A DNA stretch of 20,000 bases from Thraustochytrium aureum (Eukaryota): the NCBI GenBank assembly GCA_012862495.1, contig BLSG01000419.1, positions 131,354 through 151,353 of the forward strand, read 5' to 3'. The notes under the pieces were generated by a model. That model did not search any database and was not told where the DNA came from. It worked only from the letters and a program-made list of their open reading frames with translations. Shown here one piece after another: positions 10,038 through 18,378 of this stretch. The position numbers and the translations under genes are program-made. How positions within the stretch are numbered: position 1 is the stretch's first letter; every line of letters begins with the position of its first letter.

Positions 10038-11729
10038 ATGAGCGCAGCGCCTGGAGGGTCCGTTGCTGGCAGCGGCGGGGTCCTGAATGCTCGCAACTTG
10101 GGGCTCGCGCTGGCCGTGGGCGCCGTCTCCAACCACGTGCGCATGCAGCGCAAGCTGACTGCCTCGGAAAAGGCCCTCGCTCGGTCGTCCAAGCTCGTCG
10201 CAGAGGATGTGATCGTCGTGGGCGCCGGCATCTCGGGAATCTGCATGGGCATCAAGCTGAAAAAGGCCGGGATCCCGTTCACGATCCTCGAGAAGGAGGA
10301 GGGCTTTGGCGGAACCTGGTTTCTGAACCGGTACCCGGGCTGCGCGTGCGACATCCCCGCTCACCTGTACTCGTTCTCCTTCGAGCCCAAGACGGACTGG
10401 TCGGCGCCGTACGCGCCCCAGGCCGAGATCTACCGCTACTTGGACGGCGTTGCGCGCAAGTACCACCTGGAGCGAAACACTGTGTTCGGGTGCGGGCTCG
10501 CCTCGTCGGAATGGGACGAGGCCACCAGGCGTTGGCACGTGACGACAACGACAGGCGCGACCTACAACCCGCGGTTCGTGATCAATGCAGTCGGGGGCCT
10601 GCACCACCCGAGCTACCCGGACGCGCCAGGCATGGACGAATTTGAAGGCGAGTCGTTCCACTCGACGCACTGGAAGGAGGGGATCGACCTGACGGGCAAG
10701 CGTGTCGTGGTGGTGGGCAGCGCGGCGAGCGCAGTGCAGCTCGTCCCTCACGTGGCAAAGCAGGCCAAGGAGGTGGTCATCTTGCAGCGCACGCCGAACT
10801 GGGTCTCGTCGCGGTTCCACCCGCTGCTGCCGCGAAGCGAGTACTCGAGCGCCTCCAAGTGGTGGTACAGCAACATCCCGCTGGCGGAGAAGTTGCACCG
10901 GCTGTCCCTCTACCTCGCCTTTGAGGCCACCTTCTGGCCGCTCGGCGTCTTTGACAAGGACGGCTTGGGCCAGAGCGTGGCGCAGCGCCTGATCCGCTAC
11001 GAGATGTGCAAACGCCTCGGCAACAACGAGGAGCTCATCGACAAAGTGGTGCCCAAGTACGGCATTGGCTGCAAGCGCATCTGCCGCACGGACGACTACC
11101 TGGAGGCTCTGTGCCGCGACAACGTCAAGCTCATCCCGCAGGGCCTGCGCTCCGTCGGGTCCAACTACGTCGAGGCCGCCGACGGGACGCGCGCCGAGGC
11201 CGATGTCATCATTTACGCAACCGGGTTCCAGGTGGGCTCCATCGGCAAAGACGTCGTGCTCACGGGGCGAAACGGTACGCGGATGACTGGCACGACCGCT
11301 GCCGACGATGCGGTCGAGATGTACCTCGGCGTGGCGTGCCGCGACTTTCCCAACTCGTTCATGATCGTCGGCAGCAACAGCGGGCTCGGCCACAACTCGA
11401 TCATCTTGCTCATCGAGAGCCAGACGGACTACATCATCCGAATGCTGACAGAGGCGATCGACAATGACATTCAGGTCTTCGAGATCCAGCAGACCGTTGT
11501 GGATGAATACTACAAGTGGCTCTGGAAGGAGTTTGACCAGCGCGTCTGGAAGCACGGGGGCTGCAACTCGTGGTACCAGAACAAAGACGGCAAGATCTTT
11601 TCGCTATGGCCTGCGACTACCGTCGAGTTTTTCCGCACCGTGGACAATGCGCCGTCCCTCCGTGATTCGTACATGTACTCGACTGGCGCAGGGGAGAACG
11701 CCTCGGGTGCCCACGCCGCGCGCCTCTAG
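10038..11729 (+). CDS. Type I Baeyer-Villiger / flavin-binding monooxygenase
   Basis: GAGISG (FAD binding), GGTWFLNRYPGCACD, BVMO fingerprint FEGESFHSTHW (FxGxxxHxxxW), VVGSAASAVQ, QRTPNW, GCKR, ATGF and GCNSWY. ATG 10038 is the probable start; the track's upstream extension looks non-coding. Confidence 0.93.
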   Translation: MSAAPGGSVAGSGGVLNARNLGLALAVGAVSNHVRMQRKLTASEKALARSSKLVAEDVIVVGAGISGICMGIKLKKAGIPFTILEKEEGFGGTWFLNRYPGCACDIPAHLYSFSFEPKTDWSAPYAPQAEIYRYLDGVARKYHLERNTVFGCGLASSEWDEATRRWHVTTTTGATYNPRFVINAVGGLHHPSYPDAPGMDEFEGESFHSTHWKEGIDLTGKRVVVVGSAASAVQLVPHVAKQAKEVVILQRTPNWVSSRFHPLLPRSEYSSASKWWYSNIPLAEKLHRLSLYLAFEATFWPLGVFDKDGLGQSVAQRLIRYEMCKRLGNNEELIDKVVPKYGIGCKRICRTDDYLEALCRDNVKLIPQGLRSVGSNYVEAADGTRAEADVIIYATGFQVGSIGKDVVLTGRNGTRMTGTTAADDAVEMYLGVACRDFPNSFMIVGSNSGLGHNSIILLIESQTDYIIRMLTEAIDNDIQVFEIQQTVVDEYYKWLWKEFDQRVWKHGGCNSWYQNKDGKIFSLWPATTVEFFRTVDNAPSLRDSYMYSTGAGENASGAHAARL

Positions 11730-12096
11730 AGCTTGGATGGACGGAGCGCTCGTTTACCGCGGCGAACTGGGCTGGGCCGGAGACGAGCAATTCTTTAGAA
11801 TAGAACTTTATTTGCCGGTCTTTGTTTCTGCCTTGCCGAGGCACGCGCGACGAATCGCATCACGCCTGGAAAGGGCCAGCCCGTCAGGACGCTAGGCCGG
11901 CCCAGATCGCAGCGAGGCGAGAGCGCGTCGCGAGACGCGTGGCTGCTCCGCCGAGCTGGACAGAGGGCTGCGATGGCAGAAAACTGATCGAATCTAAAGA
12001 TTCATCTTTGATAAGGTATCCCCCTTTTTCTTGATTGAAATTTGCTCGCTGACCCGTCGCGCTTGGCAACGCGTCCGGGTTCGAGCCCCGTGACCT

Positions 12097-12175
12097 AAGA
12101 GTCGCTTCGTCCGCACAGTCACGCTACCGGCATTGCGGTTTTCGCGCGCGCGCATCATACCCACCACCAACCTCG
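12097..12175 (-). promoter_or_regulatory. Candidate eukaryotic SECIS element, type II
   Basis: The minus strand 12158->12109 reads AUGAU GCGCGCGCGCG AAA ACCG CAAUGC CGGU A GCGUG AC UGUGC GGAC. It has the AUGA/GA quartet, a ~10-bp helix II with a 2-nt bulge, unpaired AAA 11 nt after the quartet and a 4-bp apical mini-helix. A helix I (GAGGUUG/CGACUC) is possible. Confidence 0.8.
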
Positions 12176-12273
12176 TGCTACAGCGGAGCGGGAAAGCCCT
12201 TGCACATAGATTGGCGCGATTACTTGGCCACAGGCCGCCGGCCGATCCCAGGCCGACTCTGCATGTTGTACGC

Positions 12274-13555
12274 CTAAAAGGCGTATACGAAAACACCTCC
12301 AAAAGCCGCTCCGAGAGCGATGCCGGCGAACAGGAGCAGAAGGACGCGCCCCAGGGCGCTCCAGTTGACAATTCCGTTCACGAACATGCTGATGAAGGTG
12401 TTGGCTACTCAGCAGCCCACCACGAGCTGACCGCGCGTGATGACGGCAGCAGTCAGCGGCACGCCAGCGGCCCACCTGTACTCGCGCGGCGCGCCTGAAT
12501 AGGTGAGCGCAACGCCAAGCAGGAGGGCCACCACGGCGAGCACGTTGCCGATCAGCTTACGCCCCTNNNNNNNNNNNNNNNNNNNNNNNNNNNNNNNNNN
12601 NNNNNNNNNNNNNNNNNNNNNNNNNNNNNNNNNNNNNNNNNNNNNNNNNNNNNNNNNNNNNNNNNNNNNNNNNNNNNNNNNNNNNNNNNNNNNNNNNNNN
12701 NNNNNNNNNNNNNNNNNNNNNNNNNNNNNNNNNNNNNNNNNNNNNNNNNNNNNNNNNNNNNNNNNNNNNNNNNNNNNNNNNNNNNNNNNNNNNNNNNNNN
12801 NNNNNNNNNNNNNNNNNNNNNNNNNNNNNNNNNNNNNNNNNNNNNNNNNNNNNNNNNNNNNNNNNNNNNNNNNNNNNNNNNNNNNNNNNNNNNNNNNNNN
12901 NNNNNNNNNNNNNNNNNNNNNNNNNNNNNNNNNNNNNNNNNNNNNNNNNNNNNNNNNNNNNNNNNNNNNNNNNNNNNNNNNNNNNNNNNNNNNNNNNNNN
13001 NNNNNNNNNNNNNNNNNNNNNNNNNNNNNNNNNNNNNNNNNNNNNNNNNNNNNNNNNNNNNNNNNNNNNNNNNNNNNNNNNNNNNNNNNNNNNNNNNNNN
13101 NNNNNNNNNNNNNNNNNNNNNNNNNNNNNNNNNNNNNNNNNNNNNNNNNNNNNNNNNNNNNNNNNNNNNNNNNNNNNNNNNNNNNNNNNNNNNNNNNNNN
13201 NNNNNNNNNNNNNNNNNNNNNNNNNNNNNNNNNNNNNNNNNNNNNNNNNNNNNNNNNNNNNNNNNNNNNNNNNNNNNNNNNNNNNNNNNNNNNNNNNNNN
13301 NNNNNNNNNNNNNNNNNNNNNNNNNNNNNNNNNNNNNNNNNNNNNNNNNNNNNNNNNNNNNNNNNNNNNNNNNNNNNNNNNNNNNNNNNNNNNNNNNNNN
13401 NNNNNNNNNNNNNNNNNNNNNNNNNNNNNNNNNNNNNNNNNNNNNNNNNNNNNNCCGGTGCTCAGGCGCTTGATCACCGCATCCTTCTCGGCAACCTCGA
13501 GCTCGAGCGCCTTGATGCGAGCCTCCAGCTCAGCAACCTTGGCCGAGTCGCCCAT
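12274..13555 (-). CDS. Putative membrane selenoprotein (in-frame UGA at 12409-12411, Gly-Cys-Sec); middle hidden by the gap 12567-13454
   Basis: 3' part: GRKLIGNVLAVVALLLGVALTYSGAPREYRWAAGVPLTAAVITRGQLVVGC-TGA-VANTFISMFVNGIVNWSALGRVLLLLFAGIALGAAFGGVFVYAF-TAG(12274-12276), followed by the SECIS. Likely 5' part: MGDSAKVAELEARIKALELEVAEKDAVIKRLST (ATG 13555, coiled coil). Joining the two parts across the gap is inferred. Confidence 0.75.
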
Positions 13556-13702
13556 CCTGCCTGCTTGCTTGTGCAACTGGGGTTTCTAGCGCCGCCTGCT
13601 TGCCTGTTTGCCTGCGTGCCTGCCTGCGTCTGCGCTCGCGCTTGCTCTTGCTCTTGTCGGTCTGCGCGCGCTCCACAGCCACTCGCACTGCAAGATAGCT
13701 CG

Positions 13703-13729
13703 AACCTAACCCAACCTAACCCAACCTAA
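13703..13729. repeat. Short (AACCT/AACCC)n pentamer tract
   Basis: aacctaacccaacctaacccaacctaac is visible upstream of the selenoprotein candidate's ATG. Confidence 0.7.
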
Positions 13730-13954
13730 CTCGCGCCGAGCACCCTTGCGCTGCGCGACCGCCGCTCGTGCCAGCGCACGAAACTAAATACAGATGCTTA
13801 TGGTGTTGTTGCGCTATGGGCCTGCGGACGCGAGTGGGCCTTCAGACGCGAGTTGGCTCGTTGCCAGGCTCGCGTGGCCGCTCGATCGCGCGTGGGGGTC
13901 GGCTCTGGCGAACGCAGGTTGGACTCGCTCGAGAGCGAGCGAGCTGTCCGGCGG

Positions 13955-14572
13955 TCACCAGTTCGAGGTGTAGAAGTATTGGCCCTTGTTGATTGGGTTC
14001 TTGCTGCAGTTCGCCCCGTTGTGGCAGTCTACGGGGCACATCTTGCACTGGAGCGTCCAGAAATACGAAACCCCTGGCATTGCAGACAGGTTCGAGCCGG
14101 CCGATGCAAACTGGGTAGTTGCTGGCGCCAGCGACGGGATGCTTGAGAATTGATCCGTGCCTTCGTCCAGGCTGTCATACTCCAGATTCTCCGAGACCCA
14201 GGTGAACCCGTCGTTGGCGTCTTCGTCCTCCTCGGCGTGAAGTGGCGAGCCTTCAAGATCCTCGCCCCCCCCACCCATGGCCTCGTCCTCTTCCAAATCC
14301 TCTACATTCCCCTCGTCCTCCTCCTCCTCCTCGTCGTCGTCCTCCTCCTCGTCGTCGCTGTACGCGTCAATCTGCGCGTTCGCCGCGTCGAGCTCCCCGG
14401 GCAGCTTGAGTTGTTGCAGGCTGGACAGGAGCGCCAGATCAACGTCAAAGTGGGCATGCAGCAGCGCGGCCGACGCGAGCGGCGTGAGCTTGCCAGCGCC
14501 GACCTCAGCGAGCGATGTGAGCCTGTCCTTCACCGCCGTCCGCGCCTTGCACTGCACGTCCCTGAGCGCCAT
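13955..14572 (-). CDS. Hypothetical acidic protein with C-terminal CCHC zinc knuckle
   Basis: From ATG 14572: MALRDVQCKARTAVKDRL..., a long D/E tract, then CKMCPVDCHNGANC, which is C-x2-C-x4-H-x4-C. The track's upstream extension is (GCCT)n repeat noise. Confidence 0.65.
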   Translation of the reverse strand: MALRDVQCKARTAVKDRLTSLAEVGAGKLTPLASAALLHAHFDVDLALLSSLQQLKLPGELDAANAQIDAYSDDEEEDDDEEEEEDEGNVEDLEEDEAMGGGGEDLEGSPLHAEEDEDANDGFTWVSENLEYDSLDEGTDQFSSIPSLAPATTQFASAGSNLSAMPGVSYFWTLQCKMCPVDCHNGANCSKNPINKGQYFYTSNW

Positions 14573-14688
14573 CCCGACCTCGCGCAGTCTCGACCGCCCT
14601 GCGCCAGCCGACGCAACCCGACGGCCACACGGCCGCTGCAGCCGATACCAGCGTTTCCAGACGCCCTTGCCGTTCGTTGCACCGCGCT

Positions 14689-14719
<31 letters not shown>

Positions 14720-14721
14720 CC
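14689..14721. repeat. (GCCT)n tetranucleotide microsatellite
   Basis: About 8 copies are visible. Confidence 0.9.
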
Positions 14722-14805
14722 CGCGGCCAGTTTTGATTCTCGCCTGCCTGCCCGGCAATCGGCCTTTATTGTCTGCTCGCGCTCCGCGGATCATCAGAAT
14801 GCCAA

Positions 14806-15042
14806 GTCCTGAGGAATCCTCAGGCGTTATTCGAGAGCTACCTTGGGTAACCCAAAGAGGGTAAGTCGAGGTACCCAGTGCACGGATGCGGGGGCAACAG
14901 CGAGTGTAAGAGCGTTTTTCGAGGGTCGTCCTGGGATTCTCTGCGCTATTCGAGGGTCCCGTGGCGAACTCTCAGAGGGTAAGTCGAGGCATCCAGTGCA
15001 CGGATCGGGGGCAACAGCGAGGGTAAGAGCGTTGTTCGAGGG
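14806..15042. repeat. Diverged tandem duplication, two units of ~118-122 bp
   Basis: 14856-14925 (agagggtaagtcgaggtacccagtgcacggatgcgggggcaacagcgagtgtaagagcgtttttcgaggg) nearly matches 14974-15042. The preceding ~50 nt of each unit also align more weakly (gtcctg...tattcgag). Confidence 0.85.
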
Positions 15043-15170
15043 GGACTGGGCTTGTGAAGAAGAGGAGGTTGGTTGGGTTGAACGTGGACGCGGTGTGGAC
15101 GCGGTGTGGACGCGGCAGAGCTGTTCGTGTTGTTGGTGTGCGCGGCGGGCGGGCTGGGCTGGTGGCGAGG

Positions 15171-16851
15171 ATGGGGCGCGACCTGGTGCTGTGGACGAGT
15201 GTGGTGGCGGTCTGGGTGGCAGTGTACGCCGTGCTGGAGGCGGCGAGAACGCCGCCTCGAGGGGCTGTTCTCCTGCTCGAAAAGCTGCGGCTTCGACGTG
15301 ACGAGGTTGTGCCGAGGGCTGGCAGCGCCAGGGTTGCGCTTGGGTACAATGTGTGCTTGGATGCCGTAGTGAACGTGTTTGAGCTGTTTGACGCAGCCGG
15401 AGTTGAGCCGCCGACGCGCGCGGAAGACCACGCTGACCTCGGGTCGAAAGCGGAGCTTGCCGAGACTTTCTTGCTGCACTTTGCCGAGGCGGCCGGCGGC
15501 GAGCGCGCCGTCACGGACAAAGAGACCTTTGCCGCGCTGGAGGAGGCGCTCGAGCGCGCCGAGCACCACAAGCACCTTGGCGGGAATGCCGCGATCATGG
15601 CCGTCGTGCTCGCGCGCGACTATGGGTTCAAGCACGTTCTGCTCGGCGGCCAGGTCGGGCCTGCCATTGAAAGCCTCCTGCCCAAGTCCATCGAGACTGC
15701 GGGGCTCGACTCGGGCCCAAGGTCCCTCGGCGGCGAGCTAGTCGACGTGCGCCAGGACGAGACGCACATCATTCTCGAGTACCCGCGAGGTGCCACTTGG
15801 GGCTCGACGGGGGCGCGCGCGGCGCGGGCCAATCGGTTCATCATCTCGCGCGACATCTCCAACTCTGTGCTCGCCCCGCTCGAGCCCCTCAACGCGCGCG
15901 TTGTCGCCGCAGACAAGCACTTTGATGTGCTCGTGGCAGCTGGCTTCCACATGCTCGACAGCATGGACGAGGCATTCCGCGCCGAGAGGCTCGCGGCAAT
16001 CCGCCAGAGCCTCGCCCAGGTCCCAGCGGACACGCGCATCCACTTTGAGCTTGCGTCCGTGGGCGACGCCGAGCTGCTCCGCGACCTCGCCCGGTCGGTG
16101 CTGCCGCTCGTTGACTCGCTTGGCCTGAACGAGNNNNNNNNNNNNNNNNNNNNNNNNNNNNNNNNNNNNNNNNNNNNNNNNNNNNNNNNNNNNNNNNNNN
16201 NNNNNNNNNNNNNNNNNNNNNNNNNNNNNNNNNNNNNNNNNNNNNNNNNNNNNNNNNNNNNNNNNNNNNNNNNNNNNNNNNNNNNNNNNNNNNNNNNNNN
16301 NNNNNNNNNNNNNNNNNNNNNNNNNNNNNNNNNNNNNNNNNNNNNNNNCAGTGGAAAGTGGGGCCCCAGGCGCCGAGGCTGTCGACTTGGGTGCCATCGC
16401 TCAAACGGTGCCCGATGTGGGGGCCGTGTGTGCAGGGCTCGAGCAGCTGATTCGCGCCGAGCGCGCGGGATCGGCTAGGCAGCTGCGACGGGTGCACTTC
16501 CACAGCTATGCCTTCCATGTGGTGGTTCAGGACGAGTCGGAGGGCCTCGAGCGGCCCTGGCCCAACATGGCGGCCGCTGTGGCGGCAGGGTCGGTGAAGG
16601 CCTCCGAGCGGGCCTGCAACCAGACTGCGCTTGGGGAGGAGGACATCACGCTGCAGCTCGCGCGCTCGTTTCAGCTTGCTAATGGGACGCAGGTGATGCT
16701 TGAAGCGGACCAGCCTGTCGTCGAGTGGTCGTCCGAGGCGTTTCCCCACATCAAGTTTGCTCTTGCACCCGTCCTGACCTGCAACACGCCGGTGCAGACG
16801 GTGGGCTTGGGCGACTCGATCTCGGCTTCGGCGTTGGCCTACCAGGCATGA
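15171..16851 (+). CDS. ADPGK: ADP-dependent glucokinase (ADP-PFK/GK family) with N-terminal signal anchor; interrupted by the gap 16134-16348
   Basis: Hydrophobic N-terminus (LVLWTSVVAVWVAVYAVL), VALGYNVCLD, AGGER, GGNAAIMA, HIILEY, RANRFI, IHFELAS and DSLGLNE. After the gap come RVHFHS and PVLTCNTPVQTVGLGDSISA, the catalytic GxGD motif. Confidence 0.93.
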
Positions 16852-17080
16852 AGCGCGGAGCCCAAGTAGCGAGCGAGCGAGGGGGCGTGCTTTGATAGCT
16901 AGCTCCCAGAACTCTCACGAACGGGGGCCCAGAAAAGCAATGCAAAAAAACACAGGTACAATAATGGGTTGGAGCGGTGCAGAACGGTGAGCAGCTCGCG
17001 AGAATCCGGGGCGACCCGGCGTCCGCCACCAAACGGGTGCCTGGGCGTCCGCAGCGCAAGCTTGGGCTTGGGGCTTTGGC

Positions 17081-17871
17081 TCAGACTCGCTGCCTCTTCC
17101 CGGAGGAGCCAGCCTTCCTTCCCTTGGCGGCGCCCTTGGCCCCGCCGCCTCCTACCTTGCGCTTTTTGCTCTTTCGCAATTCTTTGAAGGACATCGTGTT
17201 CTTGCGCTCGCGCTGCACCTCGCCGTAGACACGAGTTGTGTACGCTGTCACGGCCTTGTCGCCGAGAACCTGCTGCAGAATCGTGGGCTTGCGTTCACTC
17301 GCGCGCATGCGGTGCGACTTGAACTCGCCAAGGCCCTCCTTGACGGTGCCGATCTGGAATGTTGTGGGGAGGCCCTTGCGGTCGCTGGCCTTGTAGAAAC
17401 GTTTTGGGTCCATGTAGTTACGGAGCTGCAGCACCTTGAGGTCACGCTCCATCTCGGGCGTCATATCTGGCGTGACCATGTCGTGGAAGCCGCGCAATTC
17501 GCCAGACCGCTTCGCGCGCGTTGTTGCCTGGTCTCGAGCAATCGAGCTCATGAACTTTCCGCTCTCCTTGGCAGTCAGCTCGCCGCGCTCCATGGCCTGG
17601 ATCGCCTCTGCGCTGCCCACGTCGTCAAACCCAGAGTCAAGCCTCGTTGGTACTCTGCTCTCGTTCTTGCCTTTCGCTTCAGCAGGCTGCGCGGGCAGCT
17701 CGGCGGCCGCCCACCTCATCCTGCCCTCGCATTCCTCGACGCCAGCGTCCGCCGCGCAGCCACACTCACGCCCTTCCTCGGCAGGACGGTGCCAGCCAGT
17801 AGCGCGCCAGCCTCGCCGACCTCCTCCTCGTCGCTGCTCTCGGCGTCGCGTTGAGCGCGCTTGCCGGCCAT
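17081..17871 (-). CDS. FCF2: rRNA-processing protein Fcf2 (DNTTIP2 family); probable exons 17871-17770 and 17686-17081
   Basis: DMVTPDMTPEMERDLKVLQLRNYMDPKRFYK...FQIGTVKEGLGEFKSHRMRASERKPTILQQVLGD is the Fcf2 domain, followed by a Lys-rich tail. The N-terminus MAGKRAQRDAESSDEEE joins in frame through an 83-nt GTGAGT...GCGCAG intron. Confidence 0.9.
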
Positions 17872-17919
17872 CCCAGGTCCGCAGGATCGCCGCCGGGCCA
17901 CCGCGCCCAAGACCACAAG

Positions 17920-18005
17920 ACCAGCACGAGCAGCAGGCTCGCCAGCGCCGCAAGCAGCACCAGCACCAGCAGCAACACCAGCAGCAGCACCCGCAGGAGA
18001 GCAGC
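17920..18005. repeat. Imperfect CAG/CAC triplet tract upstream of FCF2
   Basis: cagcaccagcaccagcagcaacaccagcagcagcac is visible; it explains the spurious Cys/Trp-rich extension of ORF 17081..18073. Confidence 0.75.
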
Positions 18006-18378
18006 TCGACCTGCGTCAGGGCTGCTTGCCACTCTGCCTCGTCATCAACAACCACGTCCACCACCCACGGCACGAGTTATCCACCCGCTGGATAACAACC
18101 CCGACCTGGATAACCCCGCCTCCCTCGGGATATTCCCTAGCTGCTCCCAGCCCGCCACACACGCTACAAATGCGCTCGCCATTTCCCCGATACCGCATTG
18201 GCTTGCCGTATTTCTAAGCTCACGTCGCCACATACCCCTACGGGGTCATCTTACAAGAGTCAGTGGAAGAGTAGAGCAGCGTCCTCCTCGCGGAGAATTA
18301 AAGATGACTAAATGCGTATTTACCCGATAAACGGTAAAACGAAGTATATTCAACAGATCTTTTTAGAATGCGCGCGAG

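Noticed and set aside
9855..11555. 566-aa minus-strand ORF, plus other long antisense ORFs over RPN3, the 7TM gene and ADPGK
   Set aside because: These are antisense shadows of GC-rich coding sequence with no motifs of their own.
12075..12095. GGGTTCGAGCCC resembling a tRNA T-arm / B-box
   Set aside because: No matching acceptor stem, D-arm or anticodon arm at the expected upstream positions.
13703..13729. Telomere-like CCTAAC tract
   Set aside because: The period is 5 nt (AACCT/AACCC), not TTAGGG, and the tract is very short and internal.
12503..13729. Long ORFs spanning N-runs (also 18312-19460)
   Set aside because: Artefacts of translating gaps as X.
14806..15042. CRISPR-like repeat
   Set aside because: Only two long diverged units, no spacers, no cas genes, and a eukaryotic context.
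18077..18085. DnaA-box-like TTATCCAC
   Set aside because: The context is eukaryotic nuclear DNA with no bacterial origin features; kept only as a generic motif.
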